Positions 12,039 through 23,877 of a stretch of 64,000 bases of DNA are shown here, in pieces. The first letter of the stretch is position 1. The number at the start of each line of letters is the position of its first letter. The DNA lies in the NCBI GenBank assembly GCA_020137815.1, contig CM035354.1, positions 5,642,001 to 5,706,000 on the forward strand, in the 5' to 3' direction. The notes beneath the pieces are model-generated. The model ran no database searches, was not told the DNA's origin, and worked only from the letters and a program-made list of their open reading frames with translations. This stretch comes from Hormiphora californensis. Lineage: Eukaryota > Animalia > Ctenophora. Both the position numbers and the translations under genes were made by a program.

Positions 12039-14243
12039 ATGACTGGTTTTCCCTGGGAAAGTGAGTTTCAGACAACATGCAGGATTGGAAAGATAGCAGA
12101 ACACAAGAGTGAAATGGGAGAAGTACGGGCCACCGCTCTTGCGAATGTATGGGCTAACCATCACTTTTTGGGTGAGTTGACCGAATTACAGTTTATCGAC
12201 TTCTTGCTGTCAGAGCATTGGCCTGACCCTATTCTCATTTCTCTCAAGCGTGCGAGAACTGTGGTCAGAGCATTGGCCTGACAGACTTCTTGCAACTATC
12301 GATTATCGAACCCCCCCCCCCCGCCCCACTTTTCCCACTCTACCACCTACACACATTCCTCTCCCTCCAGGTTGCGAGTATCCGGTTGGTGTGATGGAGG
12401 CGATACAACAGTGGGAGCCCCCACCCACAGATACGGCTGTGGTGGCCAAAGCAGCAGAGGTAGCCCAACAGCAGGCTGAAGTGGGAGCACTCTAATCAGT
12501 TCGATCCAGCGCGGGTAAACATGGACCTTGCCGTCCGGTCACTCAACCTGAAACTGTGGATGCCATCAACTGTTACCGAGAGTAATTCTAACAGTGTGTG
12601 TTTACTGGAAGCATCAGCTGGCAAGTCTCGTGTCTCCATTGAGTACAAATCGAATCTAGTCGATGGAAAACATCGGGTGTCCCTTCACATAAACAACATG
12701 TATGTTGGTTTTGCTACTGAAACAACATTCAAAGGGGCCAAACACGCTGTTTCGGATAACTGTCTGGCGTTTTTGAGGAAGCGAGGTGTGGCGACTTTAA
12801 AAGAGGTTCAAGTAGATGAATCCAACTTGGACGTGGTTGGCAGGGAGGTCCTAGAAGGAAGTGGTAATGGGCCCCTCATACACCAAGCGGAGAAGATCGA
12901 TGAGGACAACATCGGGTGTAAATTACTCAAGGCCATGGGTTGGAAGAGTGACACCGGATTGGGAAAGGACGGTCAAGGAATGAAGGATCCCATACTTGCG
13001 TCGGGTCAGCTAAACCGTGGTGGAATAGGATCCTATTCGGCTGAGGTAGGAATTTCTAAACTTACAGTCCGGGACAGGTTATTAGAGTTCCTCCGGGATT
13101 CAGACAAGCTTGTCATGGAATTTTCCTCGGACCTCTCCAGCTGTGAACGGAAGATGGTTCACACTCTGGCAGGAAAGTACGGTCTAAAGCACAAAAGCTC
13201 GGGTGGCAAATCAAGCAGAACTTTGAGGGTGTGGAAGGATGTTGAGCGACAGAGAATGCTGGCAGAGAGACACGGGACAACGGAGGATGATGGCCTGGTT
13301 GGATTCAACGAAGATGAGGAGGAAGAACAGGTGAGGTGTCTATCGAATTGGGATTTGTTGAGTTACTCAACAAATTGGGATGGTGTTTGTTTGTTTGTTT
13401 GAAGGAGTGTATCTGTTTGAAATACTGTTTGTTTCTTTGGGGTAACGTTATAGTTGTAGTACTAGGGTTGTAACATGATATCTCCTTCAGATGTTTCAAG
13501 AGGTAGAAGACGGGGTCGCAGTTGAAGAGGACTTGTATGAGATGGAGGATGGGGTGCCGGAAGTTGAGGCCTGCCAGAGGTTGGATGACATGAGTTTGAA
13601 ATCGGCCAGCCGCAAAAAGAACAAATCTTCCAAGCGGAAGAAGAAGAAAGTTAATCAAATAGGAAATGAGCCCAAAATGAAACGTTCCACAAATGAGGAT
13701 GAACCTGGACAATCATCTGATAATAGGGGCAATGCGGCTGTTTCTCTAGACTATAATACAGGATCGTTTAGAAGTGCAGCTGTACCTCGTCATCCTAACA
13801 GATCACGCCACACACGGCCCGGGTTTGAGCCCTATTTGGTGAACCCTTCGAGTGACCCTTATCTGACAAGACCAACCCATCGACCCTCTCGTCCACCTAA
13901 TCCCTCTACTCACACATCGGGACCTCCCCGGCCTGGCCACACCCACTTTGGGCCTCCCCCTGGACACCACCCCTCTGGGCCTCCCCCTGGACACCACCCC
14001 TCTGGTCCTCCGCCGCCTCCTGCTCGCTGGAGGGAGGGTTATCAGGACCGAGGCCCACCCTCAAATCAGTATAGACCGTGTGCCAATTTTCAGAGCCCAC
14101 AAAGGCCTAGAATGGATATGGATCCATCGAATAACTCACGCTCAAGGGATACTTATAGAAGACCTGGCTTTGATCCAAGGACTCGACCTTCCTCAGGGTT
14201 TGGGATTTATAGAAACTTACCCCCTTCCTATAAACGGAGGTAA
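12039..14243 (+). CDS. NKRF: NKRF-like protein: XTBD (XRN2-binding), dsRBD, G-patch, R3H, then an acidic/basic and P/R-rich tail
   Basis: Exons 12039-12171, 12371-13330, 13491-14243. Splicing gives PWESEFQ..R...ALANVWANHHFLG|CEYP (XTBD signature). Also NSVCLLEASA..YVGFAT..KGAKHAVSDNCLAFL (dsRBD), DNIGCKLLKAMGWKSDTGLGKDGQGMKDPI (G-patch) and ERKMVHTLAGKYGLKHKSSG (R3H). One frameshift near 12465. Confidence 0.88.
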
Positions 14244-14498
14244 TTGGGGATGATACTTTTATTTGATGAGTGTTTTGAGAATTAAAGTTTAATCGGTGTT
14301 TTGATAAGTTACAGAAATGATGTCTATTGATTCAGATTGGTTGAATTTGTTGATATGAGTACTTTCAGTTTCTAACCTCATTAGCTAAAGTTTTTACCTT
14401 GTCTGGGATGGATCGTTATCACGGTGGCCGTGGGAAAGTTTGAAAACAGTAACACAAGCTAGGGCTTTCGTTGCTGGCAGGTTGGTAGAACTTCGACA

Positions 14499-14597
14499 GA
14501 ATTTAGGGTAAGTCTGAATTTAGGGCAGGTCTGAATTTAGGGCAGGTCTGAAATTAGGGTAGTTCTGAATTTAGGGCAGGTCTGAATTTAGGGTAGG
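14499..14597 (+). repeat. 17-bp tandem repeat, about 6 units of gaatttaggg(c/t)aggtct, each containing TTAGGG
   Basis: Read directly. Confidence 0.9.
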
Positions 14598-14606
14598 CTA
14601 GCTAGC

Positions 14607-14682
14607 CTCCCTAAACGATACGTAACGTTGGTTACGGACCTAGCGCTAGGTCCGTAACCAACGTTACGTATCGTTTAGGGAG
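14607..14682. repeat. Perfect 76-bp palindrome with no spacer
   Basis: ctccctaaacgatacgtaacgttggttacggacctagc|gctaggtccgtaaccaacgttacgtatcgtttagggag, centre 14644/14645. Confidence 0.95.
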
Positions 14683-16344
14683 ATTAAATAGGTCACTGAA
14701 CCACGTCCCGTCGCGTATCTCGTATCAAATCATTGCAATTCGATCTTAGTCACCGAGACTAAGTAGGTGGACTGTGTTAGGTCGGCAGACGGTGAACTTT
14801 GTTCCGTATCGCATCAAATGAAATTAGAACTGTTTGACTGTTTGACTGATTAGTTTACTTTTAGCACGTAGACGTTAACATTTTCGTCCTGAGTTGAAAC
14901 TTGTTTGATAAACAATTCGTTTGTCATCGTTCCCCTCGGCCAACATCTCTGACTTTGGATACTTTGTCTGTGAAGTGGATCATTGTCAATGGTTGCTTTG
15001 CCTTCATGGTGTTCCTTGTCAGCGCTTTTTTGTGGCGCGCAAATACCGCGCCGCGCTTTACATTAATAGAGCGCGGCGCGTAACCAAACCAAGCTCATAT
15101 AATATATTCAACAAGGCCAAGTTTTTTGTTTGTTTGTTCGTGTGTTTGTTCGTTCGTGTATTTGGTTGTCCCGCCCGTGTGTTTGGACCTTGGTTGTTCG
15201 TGTGTCCTTGTAATCACATATTATAATGATAGTGGTGTCAGTCCAACCGAACATCCCCCACACAAATAGTCCCAAGCCCAGGGACCATTCCAGAATTAAA
15301 TACTATTTTGACCGCTGTATCCATTATCCAAAGCAGACACATGTGCCTGAGGTCTGCCCGGAAAAGTTGACGTTTCAATTTGAAAAACTTTGAAATTCTC
15401 TTGCTATTTTACCGATTTATGTTTCACCGTATGCACTGTTCATCCTCCTGTGTCGTACACCTGCTACAAGGGTGAAGGGTTTGGTGCGGGGTGCCTACAG
15501 GCTACAGCCCATTTAAGTTGTGATTTGGCACTTTATAGCGAGAAATTAAATGGTTTATGGCGATGATTGTTAATTCAGTACCAAGCGGATTTACTGAAGC
15601 CACAACTTTATTAGGGGTTGAGATACATTTGTTTCGCATTGAGAAAAGAAGCAAAATGAGATTTCCAGTCTGGTCATGTTACCTTAGAATTCTAAATTGC
15701 GAGGGCTTAAATATGAGAATTATGAGTGTTGAATTCATTTTACTACTATTATATAGCAGCTGCTTCAAACACGGTAGGCGCACCTGCGCTGCAGTGCCTA
15801 AGTCTGTTTACTACATCGTCCTCATAGTAAATATCTGTCTAGACCGTGTCTATTGAAGGAGCATGTGTGCATGTTGTTGTTGGGAGAAAGGGTTCTGTAA
15901 TTACGCAGCACCCTGTAAGTCTCTTACCTAGAGTTAGCCAGATGTTGCAGCTCAGTGCCCACACGTCAATCGCCTCTTACCTCAATATATATTATACAGT
16001 GTCAACGGTTTACTCAGCTTCCTCTCTCGTGTCCTTCTCTCTCTCCCTCCCTCTCCCCCCCTCTCTATCCCTTCCTTCTCAGCTTCACCGATATTCAGTG
16101 TCATGTTATCCACGCATGGCAGGTGTTATTCCCTAACTGTTGTCTCAACTTGCTCCCTGTTCTTGCTTAGAACTCGCAGCTAGACTAATGATCAAATCGG
16201 CGCCCTCTTACAACACAACCTCTGTATAATTAGGTTCTCCCGAAATGATGTAATTTGTAGTGCCTACCTCTCCATCGTCGCCTCTTTTTGAAACTTTTGT
16301 TCTGAGTTCTGACTGTCCTCCCAATTTCCCCAATATTTAAAGCA

Positions 16345-17628
16345 ATGATCGGTGGTGCTACTAATGACATGGGTACTGAAGCATTGCACATGAAAAGACA
16401 GTTGGCTTGATATTTATGATAATCATGTCTGCCGGACTTCTTGTGAACATCGCTGTAATCGTGGTGTTTGTATGGAAAAAGAAATACCGGATATCCCACC
16501 ACCTGGCCTACCTGAATCTGGCTGTTTCAGACACTGTTATGGCTCTATTTGCCGTCAGTATCCGCGGACCAGGTGACACTAAATTGTTGTTGACTTGTTA
16601 CAAACAAATAGAATCACAGAGGTTTGTCATGTCACTGCGCTGGCAAGCACAAAGGTGACCATTGATGTAAAACTTATCACAAACTTCTTCAGCCATCTAC
16701 ACGGACAGTACCTCAGCGCTTGAATGTGAGATTACAACTATAGCAGCTGTTTACATCACCATGACTAACTACGCGTCCATAGTACCTCTTACCTACGATC
16801 GACTTGTGGCAGTTTTCTCACCTTTTAGGTAAGTCATCATATTCTTTAAGAATACAGTAAAAATAGCAAAATTATGGTCTAGAAAGTCTTATGGCCTGCC
16901 TTGCACCTCAGTGAGATCTCCCGGAGACGTCCTCCAGACTCCAGAGACGTCCCAGCTGGAGAATTATCCCGGAGGTGCAAGGCAGGCCACAACCTGTGGG
17001 TTTAATGTACAAGAGTACAGAGTAATCAGTGGGGGCTCAGGGAAAGTTTTTAATTTAGGATGGAAAATTTGAATCTAAAGCTGGACTCGGACTGCTGCAG
17101 CTATAGTAACAATAACATTGTAGGTACAAGGATTCTCGACATGTACGTTCGCTAAAGGCATCTTTTATCGCAATTTGGGGAGCTCCAGTCGCCGTACTCG
17201 CCCTCACACTTCTTATAATCCGCATAACACATGGAGCTGTGTCCTTCGCCGCATTCGACAACACTACGAAAGACTGCAGCATGAACGACGAATGGAACGC
17301 CGACTTCTTCTTGAATTACTTTATAGCAGGAGTGGTTTACATTGCTCCCCTTATTTTCAATGTCGTCTCCTATACTCTGATCATATGGAGACTGAGTCGT
17401 AGGAAAAACATTCGACTTACCATGCTCTCGATCAGATCCTTTCTGGTGTGTCTGTTCTTTACAGTGTGTTGGTTGCCCATCTTAGCATTCCACATGGCAA
17501 ATGTGAGCACAGGACACATGTGGGCAGCTCAAATCTTCATGTACACCAACGCACTTATCGATCCTCTGCTCTATGCGTTCTCCCTCAAGGCCTTGAAGCC
17601 ATGCTTCAATAGGATTCCACCCGCCTAG
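16345..17628 (+). CDS. Class A (rhodopsin-like) orphan GPCR, three exons
   Basis: LNLAVSD (TM2), TYDRLVAVFSPFR|Y (TM3 DRY-like, exon from 16693), VCWLP (TM6), NALIDPLLY (TM7). The start needs a single-base correction near 16380. Confidence 0.88.
16892..16989. mobile_element. ~100-bp MITE in GPCR intron 2 (possibly PIF/Harbinger-type)
   Basis: 18-bp TIR tggcctgccttgcacctc / gaggtgcaaggcaggcca. Flanks tta / caa. Confidence 0.65.
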
Positions 17629-18301
17629 GACAAGCCCCGTGTCGATGAAAATTCGATCAACTAAAAACACTCCGGTCTTTCTGAGAGATACTACAACTCC
17701 TTGTTGAGCACAATTCAGTAATCTAAATCAGAATTGTAAACTCTAAAAAGTTGTCTCGTGTACCAAGGTAAACATTGAAATCTGAAATGTTACATTCTGT
17801 AAAAATAGTCTTCCAATTAATTTTCCGGGTTAACAAGTTTACCTCAAAGTAAAATTAAGTTATTCAAAATAATTTTCAATTCATTGTTCGTTCAAAGTTC
17901 ACCGGTCAGAGACCTTTTGGTTGGCTATGTCATTATGGTCAAAGCAGTCTACTCGTTTTCGGTCACTCATTGGGAGTCTCTTTGTCTCCAGTTCAAGCAT
18001 GAAGGAGAGTACAGTGAGAAGATTAGACAGGAAGAGGTGTATCGTCAACCTGAAGAAATGAACTTTATTTATCTGGTAACTAACTTCATGTTTCATGGTA
18101 ATTTTAATGTTCACGTGTCACAATAGAGGGAAATCATACGACTCTTACTGCAGTTAGCGACAATCGAGAAAACAGACAGCATAACTCTTTTAAGCGACAG
18201 TGCTGTGTAATTTCTCAAAACTCTTATTCTTAGTGAGCAACAGGGAAAAGAATTGGGGAGAGAAAGTGAGAGACAGGGTGCCCCCTTGAGAGAGATTATA
18301 T

Positions 18302-18407
18302 CGCGCGGCGCATTGGCACGTGCGGTTTCGGCGCTGGCAGGCTTTTACATGTTGCAACATGTAAAAGCCTGCCAGCGCCCAAACCGCACGTGCCAGGGCG
18401 CCGCGCG
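18302..18407. repeat. GC-rich ~106-bp spacer-less palindrome, probably a hairpin MITE
   Basis: Centre ...aggcttttacatgttg|caacatgtaaaagcct... at 18354/18355, with about 3 mismatched pairs in the arms. Confidence 0.9.
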
Positions 18408-18757
18408 TTACTATCTTGCTCTCTCTCACTCACTAGCTGCATTCTGATTGGCTGTTATCGATCACATGTACGCAGTCACAGGCTATCCCTGTGCACTAGG
18501 ACTTATCACGTGACCTTTCACGTGACCAGATTCTGTGATCCCCGGTCAGTTAAGAGTTTTAAGAGTTTATACGTCGCTAAGTAGCGGCGCTTACCACACA
18601 AGAGAATGGAATCACCATTCTCTTACTCTTGATATCTCTTACAAGAAAATAAGAGTTATTTTGGAAAACAGTCAGCACCTGTCGCTTACTCCAGTAAGCG
18701 ATTGCGAAATCAATCAGCACCTGCTAACTTCAGTAAGAGTCGTATGATATCCCTCAT

Positions 18758-21700
18758 TCAAACTGTTTGGCGTCCCTGACCCTTTCTTTCAGAATAGGTT
18801 CTGAGTGTGCAAGAACGGGCCTGGCACACTGCACGCTGGAAATTAAATACAAATGATAGTAACCTGCTGTAAACATTCAGATTGTACTGCTGCAGGATGT
18901 TGCTAAGGATAGTTCCAAGGCAGTTCCCCAGCTGACCCACTGCAGCTAGGTAACCAACCCCAGTGCACCGCAATGAAGTAGGGTAATACTCGATCTAAAC
19001 AAGAATGGTTAGAACCATTGGTTATCTGAACTGAATCATATTGGTTATAATCACTGAAGCTATATATGATTGTTCAAATTGAGATGATAAATATACAAAT
19101 AAAATACCATGTATAACCAGGACAGGGAGTAGACGGCTCCTACGACAGTGTTGAATGCAAGTGTAGTTGTCGCCAGAAGAAAGGTCGAGTTGACAAACTT
19201 GCACATCAGAAACAGCAAACCTAAAAGTAGCAAACACATTGTACCACGTTGTAACTAAAACCAAAGAGCGATCTAGAAGAATAATATTGTGATTACATGC
19301 ACTTTCTATACCAAGGTTCGCCCCAGTTACCATTAATGAATGTGATGTAAAATGCAAGATGAATGAAAGCATCCTTGCGGGTAGTGTATTGAGCGAGAAG
19401 AATTCCTATCGCAAATCCGGGTAAGTAGAGGATATTTCTAATCGCATTAAACACGTGGTACTCTGTGCTTTTGTTGTGGTACGTTTCGTCATCTTTACAA
19501 CCTGAATAGAAGAAGATGGACTCTGTAAAAAATGAAAAAAAGTGATGTTTCTACGATCGCTATTTGTTTCATTACTTGTACAGATCATCAGGAATCGCCA
19601 AATTCAGTGCAACAGTATACTGTATACTGTACTTATTACTTACTCAGGGTAGGATGGACTGATTTGCACGTGTAAAGTTGTCCATCGGGACAGGTCTGGT
19701 TCTTGGGTAACAGCACTGCACTCTCATTGACACACTTTTTAGTACTTATATCACAGCATGTCCTGTTCAGAAGGTCCTGTGGATTACATCCGACCAGTTT
19801 GCTATCACAGTGCTGATCGTCCGGACTCCATGGTGTACCTAGGGGTGGGCACGTATAAACTTGACACTATGTTCTCAGTAGTAGACTGTGCACGTGTAAA
19901 CACAGAAGTAAATAGCACCAATATTGATTGATATTATCCTGACCTGTTGATGTAATGTCAGTGCCACAGTTGCAGCGGTTTGTTAGAAGCTGTTCTGTTA
20001 GCACGTGGGAGGCAAAGTATTGGACGTTGCACACAAACAGGAACGCTGTCAGCAACACTGTCGTCCTGAAAATATATGTTTCTTATTAAAATCCCTGAAC
20101 GTGACCTGTCATATACTACTGACACAACTTTAGTGCAATTAATACCCCTGAATTGGTCGGTAGAAAAGCTTGGGTAGGAGAAATCCTCTGATTGGTGGTG
20201 GAGGATTAGAACTCAATTCCAGGGAGGATAACGATATCCTTAACTTGTCTCCAACATTGTGTTCCAACATCCTTAATGCCTCGTACTTAGCTTTCTTGTC
20301 GTTACCTTGTTAAAAACGGTCAAGTAATGGATCGGCATGCAGTATAAATGATTCTTTTGCCATGTTTCCTTGCTGAGTACTCAACAAATGTTTCCTGTAT
20401 GGCGGTGCCACACAGTGGGTAATTATGCCGCTTGATGGTCGTTTAGCAAATATAGGAAAATCTACTGTGAAATTGGCCTGTTTACAAAATCTGGAATAGA
20501 AACAATCCTTGTGTTTTAATAGAAAATTCCAAAAATTGTCTTTTTATTTCAAAAAATGAAACTCGGGAAGCTTGAGCATAAATGTTTGATATTAAATATA
20601 CTTTTAAGCCATAAAACTATCTAGTGATCCTTAAAAAGTACATAATCCCCTAAATTAGTTGTATTTCTAGCTGTTGTGCACCCAGTTTTATTAAAACTAA
20701 AACATTTGTTTTATTAATAATGCAGTGTAGCGGTGAATAGCGGTACATAATTTTTGTTGCAGGATACTCGGAAGGGTCTATATTAACACGTGTAACCCTT
20801 GAATTTTCCGCCTAATGACGCCCAAACTACTATTTTTACTCTTATTTTCGTAAAAATAGGGTAATTTTACTATGCAAACAGAAATGTTCACCGCCTATGA
20901 ACGGAAAATCCAATTACCATGTATACTAAAAAGCATTGAAAAGACAAAATTATGATGAGTATGGTTAACATCTAGTTTGTCAGAGATAACAAACATATAA
21001 TGTAAGAAAAAAATCTGAAAATTGATAAACTTGACTGCCAAAATTGATTTAATTGCCAGAATTCAAGTTTGCGCATATTGTTTTATTCATAACATAGGCA
21101 TATCTTAATATTTTTTGATGCGGTTTTTTGTACTGGCTAGACCTAACAATTCTTTGTCCTACACTGACTGTACACCGCGGCCTCGCGTAGCCGCACCGGG
21201 CCTTCGGCCCGGTGCGGAGAGGAGGGTCTCATATGAGACAAACAATTCTCTATTGGGTAGCAAATTTGCAGCGAAATCGATTTTTTTCCCTAAACAACCA
21301 TCGTTACCCACTGTGTGCCATTCTCAAAGTGCGCTCAGATGAGGTCGCGGTGCCAGACAGTCTGTTTCAGTATTTTAATTGTAAAACGAAAAGAGATGAA
21401 CTCGATAATATAATACCCATGAGAACCAGCTGTCTAGACAGTCCCAAGTTAGTTAAGAAATAGTTAAGCTATCAGACAAGTTGTCAAACTGCTGACCACG
21501 TGCAAAATATTTTAAAGAGATATGCAAATGCTTTATTATAACCAAATATTAACTGACCCATTGCTGCTGTGTATCGGGGTGACTCTGGCGATACGAAAAG
21601 TAGTACAACAGCTGCTACTGTCGGTATCATCAAGAGCCCCCAGGGGAGCCTCCATAACTTCCACTGGCCCTGAAAAGGAAAGCCTTTAGCAATAGACAGA

Positions 21701-23364
21701 ACTCCACATCTAGGCTGCCAATATATCAAGTTTGATATGTCTCGCAGGTTAACAATTTTATCTGTGAATTGTTATTGGTTGCCATGGTTACATACATGAT
21801 ACAGCGGCATCAGTGTGAATGGAATTATAAAGGAGCATATTGAGTAAACTGCAAATGATAGCAGGAGTGTGATGTAGCGCTGTTTCGTCGACGACATTTC
21901 CATCACGAACACCGACATAATCTGGAAAAGCGAGAATTCTTAGCGTTAAAGTGATACTGATAGCGCAATAGCACCAGCTCAGAGTTTTTGGCATCAAAGA
22001 TATCGATAAAGGATCGCTCTCTGACCTCTGTTAAAAAATTCGTTTCACAAGTTAAGGGTAAAATAGAGTAACGGGTAAAACCGGTTACACTTACAGGTGA
22101 GACAGCTCCAATAAGCATGGTAAACAAGGTGTAGAAGACGGCCATGACAGCTGCGTTGGAGGTGGAAACGATCACCACTATCACTATGTTCATTGATAAG
22201 AGGCATACAAATGATACCATACGTCTCCCAAACATGTCACCCAACACTCCTGCAGTACCAATCATAATTTAGACCTAGTATCTAATCAATATAATGATCT
22301 AATATTTAAACATTAATTAAAAATATATAAAAGAAAGTTGCTCGATGTATTACCTCCCATCATTGATCCCAGGATTGACCCGAGAAATCCAATGGATGCA
22401 AAGTGGTTCTGTTGTGAGTCAGATGCATCAAATCTGCAAGGAATGGCACGGGATTAGGCTAATTAAACAACACATTAAAAAGGCAATTGGATTAGCCAAT
22501 GTTTACTTACTGACACTCAAAAATAGGACCGAAGCCGTCAGGAACGCCATCTAGAAAACATTTAAGGACAATGGTCATTGCAGCAGCGATGAACGGAATA
22601 ATTTGGTATCTCCCTGAAACATGGAAACAAAATATAAGTATGTTTAACAAACTATCCCGTAGGTCACCTACTGGATGTTCTGTACACCTACAGTAGGTTT
22701 TCAGAACAGTTATCATTACCTAGTCCTGCCTTTGTCATAGCGTCGTTGATGGTTATCGTATCATAATCGTTTCCGTGGTCACTGTTGCTTATACTCGATG
22801 TGCTAACTCCTAAAAGCTGGTGTTCCACACTCAGAGCGCTTTGTTTTACTTTCACTGGCTCTTTCTTCGCAACAGCAGATACCGGTGAAGGTGGTGATTC
22901 AACCGTCACAGAGAGTTCCTTCCTATTCTCGGCAGTATTTTGATCTTCGTTGTTACCAGCGGAAACATGGGACAGTACATAAGTTTCCGGATATTCTTTG
23001 ATTTTCTCCCTCCTCGTTTCTCGGCCGTCTGGCTTTGCTGAAAATGGAGGTGCTACTATCCCTGAGGCTCCTCACTGCGAAGTGGTGAAGGTTTCACTGC
23101 AAGGGCCGGAAGTTCATTTCGGCGTTTTCCGTTGGGAGAAATCTTTGGAAGTTCTCTGTGGAGCAAGGCAGCGGATGCTCCGCTGGGCGTGGATCGGAAC
23201 AACTCAGATTCAACAGTATCTGTCCGAGATGGACCGGGTTGCGGTGGTATAGGAAGCACCCTGTCCTGGGCCGAATACTCCGGGGAGAGCGGGTCTGTCA
23301 TGGCGCTAAGAACAGCTCTGGCAGAAACCCTTCCTAGACTCTTATTTGGCTGATCGGAGTCCAT
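18758..23364 (-). CDS. MFS transporter, SV2/SVOP/SLC22-like, multi-exon
   Basis: GVLGDMFGRR (MFS motif A), WKLWRL..FVSPESPRY, IEYYPTSLRCTGVGYLAAVGQLG, and a long N-terminal cytosolic region. Exact exon set and C-terminus are uncertain. Frameshift near 23058. Confidence 0.8.
21155..21245. mobile_element. Hairpin-bearing interspersed element, copy 2 (inverted relative to 6370-6470), intronic
   Basis: ccgcaccgggcc-ttc-ggcccggtgcgg at 21191-21217, plus shared flanks gaggagggtctcatatgagacaaa and acactgactgtaca. Confidence 0.6.
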
Positions 23365-23735
23365 AAGCACCTGTATACGCGGAATGATCGCTGCCACTAC
23401 ATCATAAAATGTACTGAAAAATGTGGTATAATGTTTTAAGCACCTTTTAATTGGCATACGGGGGGAAATTAAGATCACAGAAAGTGCGGTCAGAATAAAA
23501 CACACGGAGATTCACGCAAAAGGAGAATCAAAACGAAACTTTGTGGTGCTCAGAAAAATAATGGGCAGTGTTGATGTGTATCAGTGCGGTACAGCAAAAG
23601 GGCAAAAGAGAAAACCAATTTACTTCAAAGGTACATTGATTTTCAGGACATGATAGACAGCTAAAGCTGGCGAGACAAGGGCACTCGATGGCAACACTTT
23701 TCTGTCACTCAATTCAATGAACAACATTATTTCTC

Positions 23736-23877
<142 letters not shown>

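Noticed and set aside
12208-12282. 19-bp direct repeat gtcagagcattggcctgac in NKRF intron 1
   Set aside because: Simple local duplication with no further supporting structure.
14499-14597. Interstitial telomere
   Set aside because: TTAGGG occurs once per 17-bp unit, not as a (TTAGGG)n run.
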